Assembly: GCA_963738105.1 (NCBI GenBank)
Contig: CAVTWC010000028.1
Span: 971 to 64,970, forward strand
Reading direction: 5' to 3'
Length of the DNA: 64,000 bases
From: an uncultured Alphaproteobacteria bacterium
GTDB lineage: Bacteria; Pseudomonadota; Alphaproteobacteria; Rhizobiales; Xanthobacteraceae
The position numbers and the translations under genes are program-made. The notes below the pieces were generated by a model, which searched no databases, was not told the origin of the DNA, and saw nothing but the letters and a program-made list of their open reading frames with translations. Below are positions 45,139 through 52,692 of this stretch, piece after piece (positions within the stretch are counted from its first letter, which is position 1; every line of letters starts with the position of its first letter).

Positions 45139-46418
45139 TTATTGTGCAGCCACCTTGTTCGGCTTGCCGTAGGTGATGCGATAGACGGCGCCATTCCAGT
45201 CGTCGGAAACCAGCAGCGAACCGTCTTTCATCTGCATCACGTCGACCGGCCGGCCGAGATATTTGTTGTCCTCGATGAAGCCGGTCAGGAACGGCTCGAC
45301 GGATTTCACCGTGCCATCCTTGTTGAGCTTGACCAGGGCGATATCGCCGCCGGTCTTTTGCGACTTATTCCAGGAGCCATGACGCGCCACGAAGATCGCG
45401 TCCTTGTAGGCCTTCGGGAACATGCTGCCCGTGTAGAAGCGCAAGCCGAGCGAGGCGGTGTGCGGTCCCATCAGGCCGACCGGTGGGGTGTAGTCCTTGC
45501 AGGAATGGCCCCAACCGAATTCAACATCGACAATATTGCCCTGATAGCAATATGGCGCACCGAAGTCCTCGCCAACCTTGGTGACCCGATTGAGTTCGTC
45601 CTCCGGCACGCTTTCCGACAACCAGTCGCGGCCATTGTCGGTGAAATACATTTGCTTGGTTTCCGGATTCCAGTCGAAACCGACGCTGTTACGAACGCCG
45701 TAAGCGACGACTTCAGCACCGGTACCGTCGAGATTCATGCGGCGAATCTGGCCATGCGCGTCGTCGTGCAGCACGTTATTGCCGGGCTGACCGACCGGGA
45801 CATAGAGCTTGTTGTCGGGACCGACGGCGATGAACTTCCAGCCGTGGGCTTCGTCCTTTGGCAAATTGTCATAGATCGTGGTCGGCTTCGGCGGGTTGTC
45901 GATGACATCGTCAACCTTGTCGATCTTGTCGATCTTGGAGAGCTCCGCGATGAACAGCGTGCCGTTGTGGAACGCCACGCCGTTCGGCCGATACAGGCCG
46001 GACGCCAGCACCTTGACCTCGCGCTTGCCGTCCTTGTTGGTGATTGCATAGACCTTGTCGACCAGGCGGCTGCCGACGAACACTGTGCCCTTGTCGCTCT
46101 GCGCCAGCGAGCGCGCGTTCGCCATGCCGGCGGCATAGACCTCGACGTTGAAGCCCGGCGGCACCTTGAGTTTGGCCGTCGGCAATTTGTCGGCAGCGGT
46201 GGCGAGCGGCGGACCTGCGACCGGCGCAAGCTTGGCGGCGGCTTCGCCGTCGGGCGACCGATCAAGGGTGATCCCGGCGGAAGTGCGGGCGCGGCTGATG
46301 GTGCAGCGCCGGCGGCCGGAGCGGCCGGCTGCTGCGCTGCAGCACCAAACGTAAACGCACCAAAAAAGGCGCCCGCGAGCAACAGGCTGCGCGGCCCGGA
46401 AAGGCTTATCGTCATCAT
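45139..46418 (-). pseudogene. PQQ-dependent sugar (glucose/sorbosone) dehydrogenase, soluble beta-propeller type, with one frameshift after the signal peptide
   Basis: The mature part is track ORF 45139..46452 (PPGFNVEVYAAGMANARSL...GRPVDVMQMKDGSLLVSDDWNG). The start and signal peptide (MMTISLSGPRSLLLAGAFFGAFTFGAAAQQ, GGGAGAA before ATG 46418) are in the frame of track ORF 45735..46520. The switch is at about 46250-46262. Length 1280 nt = 3n+2. Confidence 0.8.
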
Positions 46419-46673
46419 ATTCTCCCTCTGTGGAAGCCTTGTCCCAACGCAAGCGAGCACCCCTGCTGCGCGGATGGCCTTCCTGATCTCACTCTCCGAT
46501 ATTTCTCCGCGGTTGCGCAATAGCGAAGGGACGGTGACGTATGTGCCACCTGCGCCGGAATAGAGACGGGCAATCGGTGCTGCGCGCGATCAATCAAATT
46601 TGAAAATGGCCTCGTTCGGAGAGCGCTGAAGGGTCCGACCTCGATTTGCGCGCGCATGGGGCGGGCCGAATCG

Positions 46674-46931
46674 TCAATGCTTGGTCTGGTGCTGGCCTGG
46701 TGCGTCGAGGATCGCCTCGGCAAACGGAAACTCCAGCACGATCTCGCCTTCGTCATCCGTGACTTCGAGGGTCGCGCTCAGGAGTCCGTTCTGGACGCCT
46801 TCGGTCTTCAATATTTCCCGGATCATCGCCCGCGCGACCTCCCATGCACGGTCGGGATTGCGCAGCTCTTCGCCTTCGGGGTCGGCGACCAATTCGTCTC
46901 CAATCCGGGTATTGAAAAAATAGCGTGGCAT
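46674..46931 (-). CDS. DUF6894-like small protein (85 aa)
   Basis: MPRYFFNTRIGDELVADPEGEELRNPDRAWEVARAMIREIL.... The MPRYFF-x-x-x-x-G...D-x-E-G N-terminus is characteristic of this family (from memory). Confidence 0.6.
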   Translation of the reverse strand: MPRYFFNTRIGDELVADPEGEELRNPDRAWEVARAMIREILKTEGVQNGLLSATLEVTDDEGEIVLEFPFAEAILDAPGQHQTKH

Positions 46932-47096
46932 GGGTTGAGGCCCACTTTCTGTTTGGAGGCTCGAGTTGGGACGCCGGCGTCGCTCACAATCACAAGGTGT
47001 TTATCGGAAATTCCCGAGATATTCGAAGCGACGTTCAAACCGGCACTACGCACCGGCCGCGGTCCCTAACCCTGAACCTTTTGATCCGTCATTGGT

Positions 47097-47130
47097 TTGA
47101 CATCCCGCCGCACAAATATGTGAAGATCAT
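47097..47130 (+). promoter_or_regulatory. Possible sigma-70-type promoter for pqqA
   Basis: TTGACA at 47097..47102 is followed about 17 nt later by GTGAAGAT/TATGTG-like -10 candidates, in an AT-richer stretch about 150 nt upstream of pqqA. The -10 match is weak. Confidence 0.25.
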
Positions 47131-47252
47131 TTTGCGCTGCAACATAAATCAGCCCTCTCAGGCAGACGAAGATTTCGCTGGCGAACTTTTCTTTCTGCAT
47201 TACCTTATCTCGCGAGGGTGGCAATTCGCCCTTTTTCGAGAAGGAGAGCCAA

Positions 47253-47333
47253 ATGGCCTGGAAAACCCCGAAGATCGTCGAAGTGCCGGTTGGCATGGAA
47301 ATCAATATGTATGCTTGCGCCGCTCGCAAGTAA
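47253..47333 (+). CDS. pqqA: Coenzyme PQQ precursor peptide PqqA (26 aa)
   Basis: An 81-nt ORF not in the supplied track. AAGGAG lies 6 nt upstream. The translation is MAWKTPKIVEVPVGMEINMYACAARK, with the conserved Glu-X3-Tyr (E16...Y20). It sits immediately upstream of pqqB. Confidence 0.85.
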   Translation: MAWKTPKIVEVPVGMEINMYACAARK

Positions 47334-47382
47334 TCGGCTGCGCTAGTTCACGTTTTTCGCAGGTGGATCTCCGGCTCTAGCT

Positions 47383-47398
47383 CGTCCCGATCGGGGCG
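47383..47398 (+). terminator. Small hairpin downstream of pqqA (possible attenuator/processing site)
   Basis: CGTCCCGATCGGGGCG, containing the palindrome CCCGATCGGG. No clear U-tract. Confidence 0.3.
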
Positions 47399-47420
47399 TG
47401 CTTGAGTTGGTGTCCGCCTT

Positions 47421-47492
47421 CGAAACGTTTGGGTACCGCGAAACGTTTGGGTACCGCGAAACGTTTGGGTACTTCGAAACGTTTAGGTGCCA
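47421..47492 (+). repeat. Tandem repeat, 4 x 18 bp (CGAAACGTTTGGGTACCG consensus) in the pqqA-pqqB spacer
   Basis: The units lie at 47421, 47439, 47457 and 47475. The first two are identical and the last two degenerate. Each unit contains two short palindromes (AAACGTTT and GGTACC). The array ends at the pqqB ribosome-binding site. Confidence 0.9.
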
Positions 47493-47503
47493 GGAGACGG
47501 ATC

Positions 47504-48433
47504 ATGCTTCGCGTCGTCGTTCTGGGCGCCGCGGCGGGCGGTGGGGTTCCACAGTGGAATTGCGGATGTCCGGTGTGCCGGATGGCGCGGTCTGAACGCC
47601 CCGAGCTTCAGAGCACACAGGCCTCGATTGCAATCAGCGCCGATGGCGAACACTGGTTTCTGATCAACGCCTCGCCTGATTTACGCCAGCAATTGATTGC
47701 GACGCCTCAACTGCATCCGGCTGCCGGAAAGCTTCGTCACAGCCCGATCGCAGGCGTTATTTTGACCAACGGAGAGATCGACGCGGTCGCAGGCCTGCTG
47801 TCGATGCGCGAGGGCTGGCCGTTCACGATCTACGCCCATCCGCGCGTGCTTTCGATCCTGCGGACCAACAGCATCTTCAACGTGCTGAGCGAGAAAAACG
47901 TGCAGCGACAGCCGATCGAGGTGAACGCCGCGTTCGAACCGACGTTACCCGATGGTTCGCCATCCGGCATCGAGGTCTTGCCATTTGCGGTTCCCGGCAA
48001 GGGCGCGTGGTATCTCGAAGGCAAGGCGCATCCGGCTGGAGAAACCGGCGACGGCGATACGCTCGGACTGCGGATTCTGGACAAGACAAGCGGCAAGCAT
48101 TTCTACTTCCTCGCCGCTTGCGCTGACGTTACCGACGATCTCAAATCGCGACTTAACGGCGCCTCGGCGATTTTCTTCGACGGTACGGTGTGGCGCGACG
48201 ACGAATTGATCGTGGCGGGCCTCGGCGCCAAGACGGGCCAGGGCATGGGCCATATCGCGATGTCGGGGCATCGCGGCGCGATCGAAAGCCTCGCCGGCCT
48301 CGATATCGACAGGAAGATATTCTTGCATATCAACAACTCCAACCCGGTGCTGCTGCACGGCTCCGCTGAGCGTAAAACCGCCGAGCGCGCCGGGTGGCAG
48401 ATTCCCGCTGATGGAACGGAGATTACGCTGTGA
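47504..48433 (+). CDS. pqqB: PQQ biosynthesis protein B (metallo-beta-lactamase fold)
   Basis: Track ORF 47402..48433. The canonical N-terminus MLRVVVLGAAAGGGVPQWNCGCPVC starts at ATG 47504, with GGAG upstream. Confidence 0.9.
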   Translation: MLRVVVLGAAAGGGVPQWNCGCPVCRMARSERPELQSTQASIAISADGEHWFLINASPDLRQQLIATPQLHPAAGKLRHSPIAGVILTNGEIDAVAGLLSMREGWPFTIYAHPRVLSILRTNSIFNVLSEKNVQRQPIEVNAAFEPTLPDGSPSGIEVLPFAVPGKGAWYLEGKAHPAGETGDGDTLGLRILDKTSGKHFYFLAACADVTDDLKSRLNGASAIFFDGTVWRDDELIVAGLGAKTGQGMGHIAMSGHRGAIESLAGLDIDRKIFLHINNSNPVLLHGSAERKTAERAGWQIPADGTEITL

Positions 48434-49224
48434 ACGTCCAGACCTCGACCGCCAAAACCGCGGATGGAATCACCGCCTACTCCGTCGGCAAGAACATTCC
48501 GCTCAACAGCGCCGCGGATCTGGAAGCCGCCCTTCGCCACATCGGGGCGACGCGCTATCACAGTCTGCACCCGTTCCACGGCCTGCTGCATGGCGGCAAG
48601 CTCAACAAGGGCCAGGTGCAGGCCTGGGCGCTGAACCGCTATTACTACCAGAGCACCATCCCGCTAAAGGACGCCGTGGTGATCTCGCGCTTCCGCGACC
48701 GTGGCATCCGGCTCGAATGGCGGCACCGGATCGAAGATCATGATGGCGACCTCGGCACCGAAGGCGGCATCGAGCGCTGGCTGAAGCTCACCGAAGGGCT
48801 CGGGCTCGACAGCGTCTATGTGGAATCCACCGAAGGCATCCTGCCCGCGACCCGCTTTGCCGTGGAAGCCTATGTGCATTTCGTGCGCGACCGGACGCCG
48901 CTGGAAGCCATTGCCTCCTCACTGACGGAATTATTCGCGCCGAACCTGCATGAAGAGCGCATCTCGGGCATGCTAGCGCATTATAATTTCGTCAATCCTG
49001 ATATCATGAGCTATTTCAGCCGGCGGTTACAGCAGGCGCCGCGCGATGCCGGCTTTGCGCTCGACTACGTCAAGGCTAACGCCAACACGCCAGCCGAGCG
49101 CGAGGCGGTCTGCAATGCCCTGATCTTCAAGACCAACGTGCTATGGGTTCAGCTCGATGCGCTGTACCATGCTTATGTCAACGGCCATATTCCGCCGGGG
49201 GCGTTCGTGCCCCAGGAAAGCTAA
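48430..49224 (+). CDS. pqqC: Pyrroloquinoline-quinone synthase PqqC
   Basis: 264 aa with the motifs HPFHGLLHGGKLNKGQVQAWALNRYYYQ and RFAVEAYVHFV. The GTG start overlaps the pqqB stop. Confidence 0.9.
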   Translation: MNVQTSTAKTADGITAYSVGKNIPLNSAADLEAALRHIGATRYHSLHPFHGLLHGGKLNKGQVQAWALNRYYYQSTIPLKDAVVISRFRDRGIRLEWRHRIEDHDGDLGTEGGIERWLKLTEGLGLDSVYVESTEGILPATRFAVEAYVHFVRDRTPLEAIASSLTELFAPNLHEERISGMLAHYNFVNPDIMSYFSRRLQQAPRDAGFALDYVKANANTPAEREAVCNALIFKTNVLWVQLDALYHAYVNGHIPPGAFVPQES

Positions 49225-49275
49225 AGTAACTCGAAGTAAGCTGAAGCAAGCTAAAGCCAAAAGAAGGCAAACCCA

Positions 49276-49593
49276 ATGGCAGCCGGGCGCAGCCGCAACA
49301 TCAGTGTCAGCGAAGCCAGCCGGCCGGTGTTGCCGCGGCATGCCAAACTGAAATTCGATGAGACGCGACAGGTCTGGGTGATCCTGGCGCCGGAGCGCGT
49401 GCTGGCGCCCGATGAGATTGCGGTCGAAGTGCTGCAACTATGCGACGGCGTGCGCAGCGTCGCCGACGTGGTCGACCTGCTCGCTGCGAAATACGCCGCC
49501 GAGCGCAGCGCTATCGCCACCGACGTCATCGCCATGCTGCAGGATTTGGCCGACAAAGGCTTTGTGACGGAAGCCCGCGAGAAGACATCATGA
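49276..49593 (+). CDS. pqqD: PQQ biosynthesis peptide chaperone PqqD
   Basis: 105 aa with the motifs PRHAKLKFDETRQVWVILAPERVLAPDEIAVEVLQLCDG and ML..L...G. Confidence 0.85.
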   Translation: MAAGRSRNISVSEASRPVLPRHAKLKFDETRQVWVILAPERVLAPDEIAVEVLQLCDGVRSVADVVDLLAAKYAAERSAIATDVIAMLQDLADKGFVTEAREKTS

Positions 49594-50798
49594 GCACGGT
49601 CATCGCAGAACCCAAAATAGCCGTGAGTGACCCCAGCGACGGGCTCGCAGTGCTGGAATCACGCGGCTCGATCGCGGAGACCCACGGCATTCCGCTCGCG
49701 GTGCTGGCCGAGATCACCCATCGCTGTCCGCTGCAATGCCCGTATTGCTCCAATCCCGTGGAGCTCGATCGCGGCAACAGCGAATTGACCACCGAAGAAT
49801 GGAAGAAAGTGCTGACCGAGCTCGCCGAAATCGGCGTGCTGCAGATCCATTTCTCCGGCGGCGAACCCACCGCGCGCAAAGATCTGGTCGAACTGGTGCA
49901 GCACGCCAGCGATGTCGGGCTCTATTCCAACCTGATTACGTCGGCCGTGCTGTTGACCAAGGAGCGGCTCACCGCGCTGGCCGATGCCGGGCTGTGCCAT
50001 GTGCAGATCAGTTTCCAGGGCAACGAGCCTGTCGTGGCCAACCGCGTCGCCGGTCTCAAGCAGGCGCATGAGAAGAAGCTCGAAGTAGCGAAATGGACCC
50101 GCGAGCTCGATCTGCCGCTGACGGTCAACGCGGTGATGCATCGCCAGAACCTGCATCAATTGTCCGACATCATCCAGATGGCGGTCGATCTCGACGCCGA
50201 CCGGCTCGAGGTCGCCAATGTGCAATATTATGGCTGGGCGCTGAAGAACCGCGCGGCACTGATGCCGACGATCGAGCAGATCGAGGAGACCAGTCGCATC
50301 GTCGAGGAAGCCGAAACGCGGCTGAAAGGCATTTTGGCGATCGACTATGTCGTGCCGGATTATTACGCGCTGCGGCCGAAGAAATGCATGGGCGGCTGGG
50401 GCCGGCAATTCTTCAACATCTCGCCCGCCGGCAAGATCCTGCCCTGCCACGCCGCCGAGAGCATCACCGGGCTCGAATTCGAGTCGGTACGCTCCAATCA
50501 TTCGATCGCCTGGATCTGGCAGAATTCGGAAGCCTTCAATCGCTATCGCGGCACCGGCTGGATGCCGGAGCCGTGCCGGAGCTGCGAGTTCAAGGAAGTC
50601 GATTTCGGCGGCTGCCGCTGCCAGGCCTTCGCGCTGACCGGCGATGCCGGCAATACCGATCCAGCCTGCACGCTTTCGCCTCTGCATGAGCAGATCTTCA
50701 AACTCGCGGAATCTGAGGCCGCCGCCGACAACAAGCGTTTCATCTATCGCAACTTCGCCGGCGGCACGCTGGAGACAGAAGGCGATCATGGCGCCTGA
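49590..50798 (+). CDS. pqqE: PQQ biosynthesis radical SAM enzyme PqqE
   Basis: Track ORF 49440..50798. ATG 49590 overlaps the pqqD stop (ATGA). The CPLQCPYC radical SAM motif and a C-terminal SPASM-type Cys cluster (CRSCEFKEVDFGGCRCQA) are present. Confidence 0.9.
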   Translation: MSTVIAEPKIAVSDPSDGLAVLESRGSIAETHGIPLAVLAEITHRCPLQCPYCSNPVELDRGNSELTTEEWKKVLTELAEIGVLQIHFSGGEPTARKDLVELVQHASDVGLYSNLITSAVLLTKERLTALADAGLCHVQISFQGNEPVVANRVAGLKQAHEKKLEVAKWTRELDLPLTVNAVMHRQNLHQLSDIIQMAVDLDADRLEVANVQYYGWALKNRAALMPTIEQIEETSRIVEEAETRLKGILAIDYVVPDYYALRPKKCMGGWGRQFFNISPAGKILPCHAAESITGLEFESVRSNHSIAWIWQNSEAFNRYRGTGWMPEPCRSCEFKEVDFGGCRCQAFALTGDAGNTDPACTLSPLHEQIFKLAESEAAADNKRFIYRNFAGGTLETEGDHGA

Positions 50799-51777
50799 CG
50801 CCGATGCGGGGAAATCGTCACGCCATCGCTCCGATCCGTTTGCACCGCTGACCTCGGAGCAGTTGCCCGTCGGCGACGGCCACGAGATCTATGTCGAAAG
50901 CGTCGGCCGTGTTGGCGGCATGGCAGCCGTGTACCTGCATGGCGGCCCCGGCAGCGGCTGCCAGCCGGATCACCGGCGATTGTTCGATCCGGAGCGCTTT
51001 CACGCAGTGCTGTTCGACCAGCGCGGCGCCGGGCGCAGCCGCCCCAAGGGCGGCCGCGAGCATAACACGACGCCGCATCTGATCGCGGACATGGAAAAAA
51101 TCCGCGAGAAATTCGGCTTCGAGCGCTGGATGGTGGTCGGCGGCTCCTGGGGCGCGACACTGGCGTTGGCCTATGCGCAGGCGCATCCGAAGCGCGTCAC
51201 CGGCATCGTGTTGCGTGCCACGTTTCTCGGCACCCGCGCCGAACTTGAAGGCGCGTTCTATCGCGCGCTGCCGCGCTTCTATCCCGAGCTCTACGAGGAT
51301 TTCCTCAACGTGCTGCCGCCGGACGAGCGCGCTCATCCGATCGAAGCATATTATCGGCGCATCCTCGATTCCGATGCGGCAATTCACAGTCCCGCCGCGC
51401 GCGCCTGGGGCGAGACCGAACGGATTCTCTCCGAACATGCGCCGTCACGGGACCGGCTCGACTCCGCCGCGCTGAATTCATCCGGCGCGTTGCCCTCAAC
51501 GCCGTTCATGGAAGCGCACTATTTCCAGAACGACTGCTTCATGAAGCCCGATCAATTGATGACCGAGGCCGGCCAGCTCGCCGAAATTCCCGGCATTATC
51601 GTGCAGGGCCGCTATGATCTGCTATGCCCGCCGGCGACATCCTACGCGCTGGCGGCGAAGTGGCCGCGTTCCGAAGTTCGCATTGTCGGCGGCGCCGGCC
51701 ATTCGCTGTACGATCCCGGCATCCGCGATGCCGTGATGAAAGCGATCGCCGATCTCGCTTCCAGGATTGCCGTATAA
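50788..51777 (+). CDS. pip: Prolyl aminopeptidase (proline iminopeptidase, alpha/beta hydrolase S33)
   Basis: Track ORF 50644..51777. ATG 50788 overlaps the end of pqqE by 11 nt. Motifs seen: HGGPGSG, FDQRGAGRS, and the nucleophile elbow GGSWGA. Confidence 0.8.
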   Translation: MAPDADAGKSSRHRSDPFAPLTSEQLPVGDGHEIYVESVGRVGGMAAVYLHGGPGSGCQPDHRRLFDPERFHAVLFDQRGAGRSRPKGGREHNTTPHLIADMEKIREKFGFERWMVVGGSWGATLALAYAQAHPKRVTGIVLRATFLGTRAELEGAFYRALPRFYPELYEDFLNVLPPDERAHPIEAYYRRILDSDAAIHSPAARAWGETERILSEHAPSRDRLDSAALNSSGALPSTPFMEAHYFQNDCFMKPDQLMTEAGQLAEIPGIIVQGRYDLLCPPATSYALAAKWPRSEVRIVGGAGHSLYDPGIRDAVMKAIADLASRIAV

Positions 51778-51796
51778 TATAAAAGGACCGCGCAAA

Positions 51797-52462
51797 ATGC
51801 CGATAGCCGGAAAAGGCATGCTGCTGACGTCGATGGATGTGGATGCCGCCGACGAAGCCGAATTCAACCGCTGGTACGATCGCGAACATCTCGAAGAACG
51901 GGTCGCGATCCCAGGCTTTCTTGAAGCGCGGCGCTACGTCGCGCATCAGGCCAGCCCGAAATATCTCAGCCTTTATTCCACCGCGGAATTCGAGGTACTG
52001 GACAGTCCGGCCTATCGCACGGCACTGGCCAACCAGACCGAATGGTCGAAGGCCAATATCAACCGCTTCAAAAACATGATCCGCGCCGTCGCACACATCA
52101 CGATCAGCCGCGGCACCGGACGTGGCGCTGTGCTCGGCATCATCCGGCTGCGTCCTGATGCTACCGGTAAGGATGCATTGCGCGCGGCGTTACATGATCA
52201 GCTCGATCCGAGCGATCGCGACGGCATCATCTCCATGCATCTGATGGAGAACGATCCCGCCTTGTCCAAACCACTCACCGACAACGCATCCGATTCCGAT
52301 CCCGGCGCGGGTGACTGGTTTGTGTTGATCGACGGTACAAACGTTGCCGCGATCGAGACAGCGGTAGCGGCGCTAATTGCCGCACCCAAATTGGCGGTAA
52401 TTTCGAAAGGTATTTACCGCCTGATGTGGGATTTGGCGAAGAGCGACATTTCAGCGGCCTGA
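51797..52462 (+). CDS. Hypothetical protein (221 aa), EthD/DUF4286-like alpha+beta-barrel pattern (weak)
   Basis: Track ORF 51767..52462, with ATG 51797. The motif EFNRWYDREHLEERVAIPGFLEARRY resembles dimeric alpha/beta-barrel proteins of unknown function. The assignment is tentative. Confidence 0.45.
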   Translation: MPIAGKGMLLTSMDVDAADEAEFNRWYDREHLEERVAIPGFLEARRYVAHQASPKYLSLYSTAEFEVLDSPAYRTALANQTEWSKANINRFKNMIRAVAHITISRGTGRGAVLGIIRLRPDATGKDALRAALHDQLDPSDRDGIISMHLMENDPALSKPLTDNASDSDPGAGDWFVLIDGTNVAAIETAVAALIAAPKLAVISKGIYRLMWDLAKSDISAA

Positions 52463-52692
52463 ACGCGGCACAACGTCGTTCGTGCGCATGTTGCACCGCC
52501 GCAAAATCGCGGTGCGACATTCACTCTCATGTATTGTCAGCCATGAAAACAGCGGATCGCGCAAAATTGCCTTTGTGCATCATCTGGAATGGCTCTAATA
52601 AGATAAGCCTATGATCCCATTCGAAAACCATAAGGACGCCGGTTGAGCGTCCGACGGAAAAAATAAGGCTGCGCTCTTGTATTGGCGCGGAC

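Larger units (their letters stand above)
35598..45334. repeat. Tandem segmental duplication, two units of about 4.85 kb (A 35598..40448; B 40449..45334)
   Basis: Both units carry the same gene order: small ORF, enolase-superfamily gene, REP, DUF3297, glutathione peroxidase, amidase, repeat-2, cytochrome c, and the 3' end of the sugar dehydrogenase. The junction at about 40446-40451 joins dehydrogenase codons (...VKLNKDGTV) to the sequence that starts unit A (ACAGTTCG...). The copies differ by scattered substitutions and indels. Confidence 0.9.

Noticed and set aside
47421-47492. Possible CRISPR-like array (short direct repeats).
   Set aside because: The repeats are contiguous with no spacers, only 18 bp long and only four units. 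There are no cas genes in the window.
47402-47503. N-terminal extension of pqqB containing (KRLGTA)n encoded in-frame by the 18-bp repeats.
   Set aside because: PqqB proteins start with the M-x-(I/V)-x-VLG-(S/A)-AAGGG motif found at ATG 47504, which has its own GGAG site. The extension would start at a TTG with no Shine-Dalgarno. The in-frame property follows trivially from an 18-bp (6-codon) period.
52463-52692. FNR/FixK-type box (TTGAT-N4-ATCAA) upstream of the GltD-like/korAB operon, e.g. around AAAATTGCCTTTGTGCATCATC.
   Set aside because: No sequence in the spacer matches both half-sites. The best candidates have three or more mismatches, so I cannot support a call.
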